DNA from: Chloroflexota bacterium
GTDB lineage: Bacteria; Chloroflexota; Limnocylindria; Limnocylindrales; CSP1-4
DNA: 64,000 bases
Reading direction: 5' to 3'
Assembly (NCBI GenBank): GCA_016191345.1
Contig: JACPOU010000001.1
Coordinates: 339 to 64,338 of the forward strand
The notes under the pieces are model-generated. The model was not told where the DNA came from. It saw nothing but the letters and a program-made list of their open reading frames with translations, and ran no database searches. Numbering within the stretch: the first letter of the stretch is position 1; the number at the start of each line of letters is the position of its first letter. The position numbers and the translations under genes were made by a program. Of this stretch, positions 57,225-64,000 are shown one piece after another.

Positions 57225-58357
57225 TGGTGACAATGGGCACCATGGACAAGGCCCGCGCGCTCAGCCTGATCGCCCTCCTCGTCGCCGGCTGCGCGTCCGC
57301 GCCGAGCATCCAGCCGACACCGGTCGATTCGCCGAGCGTGCCACCGGCGACCGGGACACCCGGGCTGTCAACGCCCGGGTCGTCGCCGAGCGCGACCGTC
57401 GAACCCACGCCGACCGCCGAACCGGGGGCGACGGCGTACGCGGCGCTCGATGGGCTGCTGGTCGACGCGTCGGCCGCCAACCGGCTGCCGCTCGCGGTGA
57501 TGATCGACGACAACGTGCTGGCCCGGCCGCAGTCCGGCTTCAACGCCGCGTCCATCGTCTACCAGGCGCCCGCCGACGGCGGCGAGGACCGCTACATGCT
57601 GGTCTTCCAGGAACGGGACGCGGCGGACGTCGGCCCGGTCCGCAGCGGACGACCGTATTTCGTCTACTGGGCAGCGGAATACCGCGCTGGCTTCGCCCAC
57701 TACGGCGGTGACGAGAAGACGCGCCTCAAGGTGATCCCGTCCGTTGCGGGAAAGCTGATGTACGACCTGGACGCCCTGGCCGGCAGCAGCCGCGCCTTCC
57801 ACCGGATCAGCAGCCGCGACGCCCCGCACAACGCCTACACCTCCACCGCCGACCTCTACGCCACGTCGGCCCGCCGCGGTGCGCCCGACGCGATGGTCGC
57901 CGGCCTCGCGACGCGCCCGTTCAAGGACGACGCACCCCTCGCCGACCGGCCCGCCAAGGGCTCCATCACCGTCCCGTACAACCGCGGCGCGACCGGCTAC
58001 ACCTACGACCCGGCGACGAACAGCTACCTGCGCTCGGTCGCCGGCAAGGCCCAGAACGACGCGGCCGACGGCAAGCGCGTCGTGGCCCGGAACGTCGTGG
58101 TGCTCTTCATGGCGCTCTCCATCGACCCGGAATCGGAGGCGGGCTACAACCGCCCGGTGCTCGCCCAGATCGGCAAGGGAACGGCTTGGGTCTTCCGCGA
58201 CGGGACCGTCGTCAAGGGCACCTGGCGCAAGGACGACAAGGGCGCGCTGACGCGATTCTTCGACGCCTCCGGGGCGGAGGTCAGCCTCAATCGCGGGTCG
58301 ATCTTCATCCAGGTGGTCCCCACGGGCACGAAGGTGACGTTCAGCGCTCCGGGCTGA
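57224..58357 (+). CDS. DUF3048 domain-containing lipoprotein
   Basis: The signal peptide has the lipobox LLVAGC. PLAVMIDDNVLARPQSGFNAASIVYQAPADGG is typical of DUF3048. The true start is probably ATG 57233 or 57242, within the ORF that opens at GTG 57224. Confidence 0.75.
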   Translation: MVTMGTMDKARALSLIALLVAGCASAPSIQPTPVDSPSVPPATGTPGLSTPGSSPSATVEPTPTAEPGATAYAALDGLLVDASAANRLPLAVMIDDNVLARPQSGFNAASIVYQAPADGGEDRYMLVFQERDAADVGPVRSGRPYFVYWAAEYRAGFAHYGGDEKTRLKVIPSVAGKLMYDLDALAGSSRAFHRISSRDAPHNAYTSTADLYATSARRGAPDAMVAGLATRPFKDDAPLADRPAKGSITVPYNRGATGYTYDPATNSYLRSVAGKAQNDAADGKRVVARNVVVLFMALSIDPESEAGYNRPVLAQIGKGTAWVFRDGTVVKGTWRKDDKGALTRFFDASGAEVSLNRGSIFIQVVPTGTKVTFSAPG

Positions 58358-58366
58358 TCCGTCGGC

Positions 58367-59779
58367 CTAGCCGACCTTGACGCCCACCATCCCGAGCAGG
58401 CTGACCCCGAGCAGCACCGCGTCGAGCACGATCACGAGGCCCACGGCGCCCCAGGCCAGCACGTTCGCGACGCGTCCGTTGCGGTGCCGGCCCATGATCC
58501 GGCCGTCGTTGACGAGCAGGACCATGAAGACGAGCACGATCGGCAGCAGCAGGCCCTGGAGGTTCTGCGAGGCGACGATGAGCGGCAGCAGGTCGAGCCC
58601 CGGGATGAGCACGACGAGCGCGCCGAGGCCCAGCACGAACGTGTAGATCCCGAAGAATGCCCGGGCGTCCTCGAAGCGCTTGTCCACGCCCGATTCCCAT
58701 CCGAACGCCTCGCAGATCACGAACGCCGTCGAGATCGGCATGATCGTCGCCGCGAGCACGGACGCCCCGAACAGCCCCACGGCGAAGAGCGCGGTGGAGA
58801 GCTGGCCGGCGACCGGCCCGAGGGCCCGCGCCGCGTCCTCCGCGGTCTCGATCCGCCCGCCCACGGCGTGGATCGTCGTGGCCGTCGCGACGACGACGAA
58901 GACGGCGATGACGTTCGTCCAGATCGCCCCGCCGACGGCATCCGCCTGCTCGAGCCTGAGCTCCTCCTCGCCGATGCCCTTCTCGGCGACCGCGCTCTGG
59001 AGGTAGAACTGCATGTACGGGGTGATCGTCGTGCCGACGACGGCGACCATGAGCAGCACGACGGATGGGCTCACGTCGAGGCGCGGCGTGACGAGCGCCC
59101 GGCCGACCGCACCCCAGTCCGGGCCGGCGAGGAACGCCGACGCGATGTAGGCCAGGAACACGACGATGACTGACAGGAAGACCCGCTCGACGGTCCGGTA
59201 GCTCGCGTAGAGGACCAGCGCCCAGATCGAGACGCCGACGACCGGCACGGTCAGCCAGCGCGGAATGCCGAAGATCTCGAGGGCCGCCGCCGCGCCGGAG
59301 AACTCGGCGACGGTGTTGGCCAGGTTCGCGATGAGCAGGACGACCATCGCGAAGGCCGTCCAGCGGACCCCGAACCGGTCGCGGATGAGGTCGGACAGGC
59401 CCTGGCCCGTGACGACGCCCAGCCGGGCGGCCATCTCCTGGACGATCGCGAGGATGACGATCGTGACCGGGAAGAGCCACAGCAGTCCCAGGCCGGTCCG
59501 CGCCCCGAGGACGCTGTACGTCGCGATGCCGCCGGCATCGTTGCCGGCGATGCCGGCGATGAGCCCCGGGCCCATGACGGCGAGGAAGGCGAGGAGGCCG
59601 CGCCGGCCCCGGAAGCGGCCGCGGAGCCGCAGCCAGTCCCCGGACTCCACCCGGTCTCGCAGTCGCCCCAGGATCCCGATCTGGGGTACGGGCAGGGGCG
59701 TCCGCCGCCGCCTGGCCTTGGCGACGGCGTCGCGGGCCCCGGATTCGGCGCGGCGGGCGAGCGGCGGCAGCTGCGGCAC
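58367..59779 (-). CDS. NRAMP/SLC11-family transporter with non-canonical metal-site residues
   Basis: A 470-aa polytopic protein alignable to MntH. The TM1 motif is N-D81-A-G-G84 instead of D-P-G-N. The TM6 motif is G-T250-T-I-T253-P-Y255 instead of G-A-x-x-M-P-H. Confidence 0.85.
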   Translation of the reverse strand: MPQLPPLARRAESGARDAVAKARRRRTPLPVPQIGILGRLRDRVESGDWLRLRGRFRGRRGLLAFLAVMGPGLIAGIAGNDAGGIATYSVLGARTGLGLLWLFPVTIVILAIVQEMAARLGVVTGQGLSDLIRDRFGVRWTAFAMVVLLIANLANTVAEFSGAAAALEIFGIPRWLTVPVVGVSIWALVLYASYRTVERVFLSVIVVFLAYIASAFLAGPDWGAVGRALVTPRLDVSPSVVLLMVAVVGTTITPYMQFYLQSAVAEKGIGEEELRLEQADAVGGAIWTNVIAVFVVVATATTIHAVGGRIETAEDAARALGPVAGQLSTALFAVGLFGASVLAATIMPISTAFVICEAFGWESGVDKRFEDARAFFGIYTFVLGLGALVVLIPGLDLLPLIVASQNLQGLLLPIVLVFMVLLVNDGRIMGRHRNGRVANVLAWGAVGLVIVLDAVLLGVSLLGMVGVKVG

Positions 59780-59794
59780 GATCGGGCTCCGGCC

Positions 59795-61054
59795 CTACGT
59801 CCGGCCGGCGAGGCGCGGCAGGCGCTTCCGCCAGGCGTCGGGGAGGATGGCGTCCATGGCGTCGTCCACGGTCACGATGCCCACGAGGTGGCGGCTCGCA
59901 TCGACGACCGGCACGGCCAGCAGGTTGTAGTGGGCGACGACTTCGGCGACCTCGTCCTCGTCGGCGAGGACGCCCACGGTCACGGGCTCCGGGATCATGA
60001 CCGCGGAGATCGGCGCGTCCGGCCGCGAGACGATGAGGTCGCGAAGCGAAAGTACCCCGGCCAGGCGGTCCTCGTCGTCGGTCACGTAGACGTAGTAGAT
60101 CGTCTCCGCGTCCGGCTCCAGCTCACGCAGCCGGTCGATCGCCTGGGCGCAGGTGAGGGACGCCGGGAGGGCGACGAACTCGGTCGTCATCATCCCGCCG
60201 GCCGTGTCCTCGGGGTAGGCGAGGAGCTCCCCGAGCTCCTCGGCCTCGTCTCGCTCCATGAGGGCGAGGATCTCCTCGCGGGTTTCGTCGGACAGGTCGG
60301 CCACGAGGTCCGCGGCGTCGTCCGGCGACATCTCCTCGAGGATGTCCGCCGCGCGCGCGGGATCGAGGTCCTCGAGGACCTCCACCTGGGTCTCGGGCTC
60401 CATCTCCTCGAAGACGTCGGCCGCGGCCTCGTCGTCCAGCGAGGCGAGGACGCCGGCCCGGTCGCGCGGCGCCAGCTGGTCGATGATCGTCGCGAGGTCC
60501 GCCGGGTGGAGCTCGGCGAGGCCGGCGTGCGGGACCCGCAGCTTGATCGAGGCGATGGACGTCTCGACGGGGTCCACGTCCTCCCAGTCGATGTAGCGCT
60601 CCGGGACGGCGACCTTGAGATTCCGGGCCAGCGTCCGGAACCTGCGCTCGATCCCGAGGCGGCGGAGGAGCCCGGCCGCGCCCACGTCAACCGCGACGAG
60701 GTGGAGCCGGCCCTCGATCTCGTCGAGCCGGAGGTCGTTGACCCGGACGACCTTGCGGCCGTCGATGTCGACGATCTGCTTGTCCATCAGGTCCGCCTTG
60801 AGGCGGATCTCGTTCGGACGCTGGGCGAACTTTCCGATGTCGATCGTGCGGGTCGCGAGGCGGACGCCGGACATGTCGAACTGGGCGACCGAGGACCAGG
60901 GCAGGAAGATGCCGCGCCGGTCCGTCTCGACGACGAGCCCGGTCACGGGCGGGTAGCGGTCGCCGACGGCGACGATCAGGTCGGCGACCTTGCCGATCGC
61001 CTCGCCGTTGCCGTCGAGCACGGGCCGGCCGATCGCCTGGCTCAGGTAGAGCAT
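59795..61054 (-). CDS. Soluble PRC-barrel (x2) + MgtE N-terminal domain + CBS-pair protein (MgtE cytosolic module without the membrane domain)
   Basis: PRC-like segments are AIGRPVLDGNGEAIGKVADLIV and LMDKQIVDIDGRKVVRVNDLRL. An acidic MgtE_N-type helical repeat follows (HPADLATII...EVLEDL...ADILEEM...AADLVADL), then two CBS motifs. The protein ends where the MgtE TM helices would begin. Confidence 0.85.
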   Translation of the reverse strand: MLYLSQAIGRPVLDGNGEAIGKVADLIVAVGDRYPPVTGLVVETDRRGIFLPWSSVAQFDMSGVRLATRTIDIGKFAQRPNEIRLKADLMDKQIVDIDGRKVVRVNDLRLDEIEGRLHLVAVDVGAAGLLRRLGIERRFRTLARNLKVAVPERYIDWEDVDPVETSIASIKLRVPHAGLAELHPADLATIIDQLAPRDRAGVLASLDDEAAADVFEEMEPETQVEVLEDLDPARAADILEEMSPDDAADLVADLSDETREEILALMERDEAEELGELLAYPEDTAGGMMTTEFVALPASLTCAQAIDRLRELEPDAETIYYVYVTDDEDRLAGVLSLRDLIVSRPDAPISAVMIPEPVTVGVLADEDEVAEVVAHYNLLAVPVVDASRHLVGIVTVDDAMDAILPDAWRKRLPRLAGRT

Positions 61055-61271
61055 CTGCCACCTCGCGTGCGGCCGTGCCGCCGCCGGGGTGGTGGGCGGG
61101 CCCCGGAGGGCCCGGCATCACGCTCGGATGGCGGAACGGACCGTCGAGTCGGGCGCGCGCCGCGCGCCCTCGGGACTGGGTCCGGTCTCCACGACGGGAG
61201 CGATCCTCCGAAGCGAACTGAACGGCTCCCGGGCGCGGTCGGCTGGGCTGCTGCGGACGGGGACCGGGCCG

Positions 61272-61301
61272 AGTGTAGATGGCGCCCCGCGGGTCGGTCA
61301 A
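61272..61301 (-). promoter_or_regulatory. Putative promoter (-35 TTGACC, 18-nt spacer, -10 TACACT) for the MgtE_N/CBS-NRAMP operon
   Basis: The minus strand reads TTGACCGACCCGCGGGGCGCCATCTACACTCGGCC. It would give a ~210-nt leader before ATG 61054. It shares the 12-mer CTACACTCGGCC with the trpS upstream region. Confidence 0.35.
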
Positions 61302-61336
61302 CGCGAGCCGGCGAGCCTGGCGGTGGTGCACGGACC

Positions 61337-61372
61337 GGTACTTCCGGCGCCCCCCGGGTGGTACTTCCGGCG
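61337..61372. repeat. Two exact copies of GGTACTTCCGGCG, 23 nt apart centre to centre
   Basis: The copies are at 61337-61349 and 61360-61372, read directly from the sequence. They lie about 40-70 nt upstream of the proposed GGDEF-gene start and are a candidate transcription-factor site. Confidence 0.6.
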
Positions 61373-61409
61373 GCTGCCTCCGCGGCCCCTGCGCTGCGAC
61401 CCTCTCTTC

Positions 61410-63485
61410 GTGCGCGTGCAACTGCAGCTCGATCCGGCGCCCGGGGCGGGGGACCGCTACCGCGCGCTCCTCGAGATGGCCGAACGGATGTCGACCTCGG
61501 TCGACCAGGGCGACCTCAACGCCGTGGTCGTCGATGCCGCGCGCCGCCTCATGGACGCGGATCTCGTGCTCCTGCGGGTCCTCCGGGGGGAGGTCCTCGA
61601 GCTCGTCGGCTACGCCGGCATCGATGCCGGGACGGTCGCCGCGCTGCCGCCGCTCACGACGTCCGAGCCCTGGCTCCAGGAGGCGCTCCGCGCCGGCCGG
61701 GCGTGGGCCCTCGACGACGTGGAGGCCCCCGGCGCATTGCCGCACGCCGCCCGCTTCACCGCCGGCCTGCCGATCCGGGGTGACCTCTTCGTCCCGCTCG
61801 TCCACGGCAACCGCCTCATCGGGTCGCTGACGGCGGCCACGAACGAGCCCCGGGCGTGGACGGCCGAGGACGCGGAGCTGATGACCGCACTCGGGATCCA
61901 CGTCGCGGTGGCGCTCCGGAACGCGGAGCTCTTCGACCACCTGGGCGCGCGGGCCGCGCAGATGGCCGTCGTCCAGGCCGCCTCGGCCCGGATGAACCGG
62001 GCGAAGAGCGTCGACTCGGTCGGCCGCGCGATCGTCGAGGAGGTCGGCCGGATCGTCGCCTACCACAACGCCCGGGTCTACCTCGTCGAGAACGGCGAGG
62101 ACCTCGTCCCGATCGCCTTCGAGGGGACCGTCGGTGCGTACGAGATCGTGGACTGGAACGTCCTCCGGGCGAAGGTCGGGGAGGGGTTCACGGGCTGGGT
62201 CGCCGCCCACGGCACGCCACTCCTGATCCCCGATGCGAACGCCGATCCGCGCGGCGTCCAGATCGCGGGCACGGACGAGGTCCCCGAATCGATGCTCGTC
62301 GTCCCGATGCGCCACGACACGATCGTGGGCGTCATCACCCTCTCGAAGCTTGGCCTCCGGCAGTTCGACGAAGACGACCTCCAGGTCCTGATGATCCTCG
62401 CCGACCAGGCCGCCACGGCCCTCGAATCGGCTCGCCTCCTGAGCCGGACGGAATCGATGGCGGAGGAGCTCCGGCGACTGCTCGAGATGAGCCAGGAGCT
62501 CGCCCAGACGCTCGACCCGAAGCAGGTCGGCGCGGTCATCGCCAGGCACCTGACGGTCGCCCTCGGCGTGGATGCCTGCGCGATCAGCTCCTTCGACCCG
62601 GACGGTGACCGGATCCTGTCCCTCGGGGAGTACCCGGAGGTCGGCTTCGTCCAGAAGCATCCCGAGTACGCCCTGTCGGACTATCCCGAGACCCGGCGGG
62701 TCCTGGCGACCCAGGCGACCGTCGTCGTCGACGTCGAGGACGAGACGGCCGACGCCGGGGAGCGTGCCCTCCTGCGCGAGACGGGCCACCGCCTGCTGGC
62801 GATGATCCCGCTCATCGCCAAAGGCCAGCCGGTCGGGCTCGTCGAGCTGCTCTCGGTCGAGAACCGCCCGCTCGACGACAGCCGCCTGGCCCTCGCCCGG
62901 ACGATGGCCAACGAGGCCGCGATGGCGCTCGAGAACGCGCGCCTCTACGAGGCCGCCCGGTCCCTCGCCGACCGCGACCCGCTGACCGGCTTCTTCAACC
63001 ACCGCTTCCTCTACGAGCGGCTCGGCGAGGAGATCGTCCGCTCGCGTCGCAGCCGGCGCCCGCTGAGCCTGCTGATGCTCGACCTCGACGACTTCAAGCT
63101 CGTGAACGACACCTTCGGCCACCAGTTCGGCGACCGCTGCCTCGTCCACCTTGCCGAGATCGTCCGGTCGACGCTCCGCCAGTCGGACGTGCCGGCCCGC
63201 TACGGCGGCGACGAGTTCGCGGTCATCCTGCCGGACGCCGACCTCGCGGCCGCGGAGGCCGTGGCTGCCCGGATCATCGAGGAGCTCGCGAGCCATCCGC
63301 TCGTGGCCGATGGCCGCGGCCCCGTGCCGGTCAGCGTGTCCATCGGCGTGGCGACGGTCGGTGATGCCGTGCGGACCCCGACGGAGCTCGTCGGGGCGGC
63401 CGATGCCCGGATGTACGAGGCGAAGACCGGGGGGGCCCAGGCAACCGCCGTCGACCGGATCGCCGTCGCCCTCGCCGCCGGCTAG
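61410..63485 (+). CDS. Multi-GAF-domain diguanylate cyclase (GGDEF)
   Basis: Three to four GAF-like modules (...TLSKLGLRQFDEDDLQVL...) precede a C-terminal GGDEF domain with DPLTGFFNHR, LLMLDLDDFKLVND and RYGGDEFAV. The GTG start at 61410 is inferred; the ORF is open from 61089. Confidence 0.85.
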   Translation: MRVQLQLDPAPGAGDRYRALLEMAERMSTSVDQGDLNAVVVDAARRLMDADLVLLRVLRGEVLELVGYAGIDAGTVAALPPLTTSEPWLQEALRAGRAWALDDVEAPGALPHAARFTAGLPIRGDLFVPLVHGNRLIGSLTAATNEPRAWTAEDAELMTALGIHVAVALRNAELFDHLGARAAQMAVVQAASARMNRAKSVDSVGRAIVEEVGRIVAYHNARVYLVENGEDLVPIAFEGTVGAYEIVDWNVLRAKVGEGFTGWVAAHGTPLLIPDANADPRGVQIAGTDEVPESMLVVPMRHDTIVGVITLSKLGLRQFDEDDLQVLMILADQAATALESARLLSRTESMAEELRRLLEMSQELAQTLDPKQVGAVIARHLTVALGVDACAISSFDPDGDRILSLGEYPEVGFVQKHPEYALSDYPETRRVLATQATVVVDVEDETADAGERALLRETGHRLLAMIPLIAKGQPVGLVELLSVENRPLDDSRLALARTMANEAAMALENARLYEAARSLADRDPLTGFFNHRFLYERLGEEIVRSRRSRRPLSLLMLDLDDFKLVNDTFGHQFGDRCLVHLAEIVRSTLRQSDVPARYGGDEFAVILPDADLAAAEAVAARIIEELASHPLVADGRGPVPVSVSIGVATVGDAVRTPTELVGAADARMYEAKTGGAQATAVDRIAVALAAG

Positions 63486-63570
63486 TACGAAGGTACTGCC
63501 CCGGACCCCGTACGCCCGTACCACCCCGCGGCTGGACGTCCGGGCAGCTCCGGGCTCATCCTTGGGCGAC

Positions 63571-64000
63571 GTGAATACCGGGTCGCGACGCTCGCTCCGC
63601 CAGTCGGTGGAGGACCGTCCCATCCGGCGGACATGGTGGCTCCTGTCCGGCGCGTTCGTCCTGCTCGCCGCCATCACGGGCACGCGCGCCCTGACCTCCG
63701 GGGAGCCGCTCGACTGGGTGCCCGTTCTCGCGGTCGGCTTCGCGGCCCTTGCGGCCATCGCCCACCGCAACGCGGTCGCCAACCTCGAGGCCCGGGGGCG
63801 CGGCGAGGCGGAGAACTTCGCCCGCATCCTCCAGGGCCTCGCCCGATCCGTGTCCGTGGACGCGATCGTCGGCGCGATCGTCGACGACCTGGCGGAGGGG
63901 ACGGGCGCGGACCACGTCGTCGTGGTTCGGCGGCGCCCCGAGGGCCACGCGCTCGAGGCGACCCTCGTCACTCGCCGGCCGGGCGTCCCGAACTCGACGA
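63571..64000 (+). CDS. Partial CDS (3' end outside the window): membrane-anchored protein beginning a GAF-like domain
   Basis: My manual translation from GTG 63571 gives VNTGSRRSL...TWWLLSGAFVLLAAITG...WVPVLAVGFAALAAIA...ILQGLARSVSVDAIVGAIVDDLAEGTGADHVVVV with no stop to the window end. This shows two TM helices and then the GAF-like start. TTG 63562 is an alternative start. Confidence 0.5.
   Translation, partial: MNTGSRRSLRQSVEDRPIRRTWWLLSGAFVLLAAITGTRALTSGEPLDWVPVLAVGFAALAAIAHRNAVANLEARGRGEAENFARILQGLARSVSVDAIVGAIVDDLAEGTGADHVVVVRRRPEGHALEATLVTRRPGVPNST

Noticed and set aside
61055-61265. M-box (Mg2+) riboswitch in the leader of the MgtE_N/NRAMP operon
   Set aside because: It was expected from the biology, but I could not locate the conserved M-box sequence blocks I recall (for example GGUGAGGC... 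and ...GUGCUAAAGCUC-like segments). I cannot call it without a covariance-model search, so I reported it only as an unexplained structured leader.
61089-61409. Upstream extension of the GGDEF ORF starting at ATG 61089
   Set aside because: The translated extension is Arg-rich and non-protein-like. It also overlaps the predicted promoter and leader of the divergent operon. I placed the start at GTG 61410, just before the first GAF-like sequence.
60687-63971. 1094-aa ORF on the minus strand, the longest in the track
   Set aside because: It is antisense to the well-supported GAF-GGDEF gene and the following TM-GAF gene. Its translation is Arg/Pro/Gly-rich low complexity with no recognisable domain. 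This is a typical shadow ORF of GC-rich DNA.

Overview
This is a 64-kb, very GC-rich bacterial chromosomal window. I found no rRNA, tRNA, CRISPR array or recognisable transposase/integrase. The taxon cannot be fixed from sequence alone; LCP and DUF3048 wall proteins, leaderless-looking starts and split accA/accD suggest a monoderm Actinomycetota- or Chloroflexota-like organism.

Many long ORFs in the track are antisense or off-frame shadow ORFs caused by GC richness. I rejected those and trimmed several true genes to internal starts that abut or overlap the neighbouring stop codon.

Layout, in order:
1. 1-600: non-coding repeats. A 52-nt direct repeat pair is followed by a 16-unit degenerate 18-21-nt tandem array.
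2. 0.6-7.6 kb: two overlapping CrtI-like FAD oxidoreductase paralogues, an Asp-box lipoprotein, and trpS coupled to an AI-2E transporter.
3. 7.7-15.8 kb: hom-thrC-thrB, an inserted ATPase(DUF234) plus small membrane protein module, dienelactone hydrolase, aspartokinase and birA.
4. 15.9-28.6 kb: a tightly packed co-directional block of ECF sigma, membrane protein, accD, accA, a lysine-less BCCP paralogue, accC, fabZ, a metallophosphoesterase, fabF, a canonical accB, fabH, an O-antigen-ligase/TPR membrane protein and fabG.
5. 28.7-58.4 kb: a cell-wall glycopolymer locus. It holds seven glycosyltransferases, one of them GT10 fucosyltransferase-like, and three nucleotide-sugar routes: an FnlA/CapE-type UDP-2-acetamido-2,6-dideoxy-L-hexose route, a CDP-3,6-dideoxyhexose route (rfbF/G/H plus a YerE-like ThDP enzyme), and GDP-L-fucose (gmd/fcl). 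It also has wzm/wzt, a Wzy-like protein, a priming phosphotransferase, an LCP ligase and a DUF3048 lipoprotein.
6. 58.4-64 kb: a non-canonical NRAMP-like permease co-transcribed with a soluble PRC-barrel/MgtE-N/CBS protein, then a multi-GAF diguanylate cyclase and a partial TM-GAF gene.

The candidates I consider most worth follow-up:
- the NRAMP-variant plus TM-less MgtE sensor pair
- the biotinyl-lysine-less BCCP paralogue inside the acc operon
- the predicted branched 3,6-dideoxyhexose pathway in a wall-glycan locus
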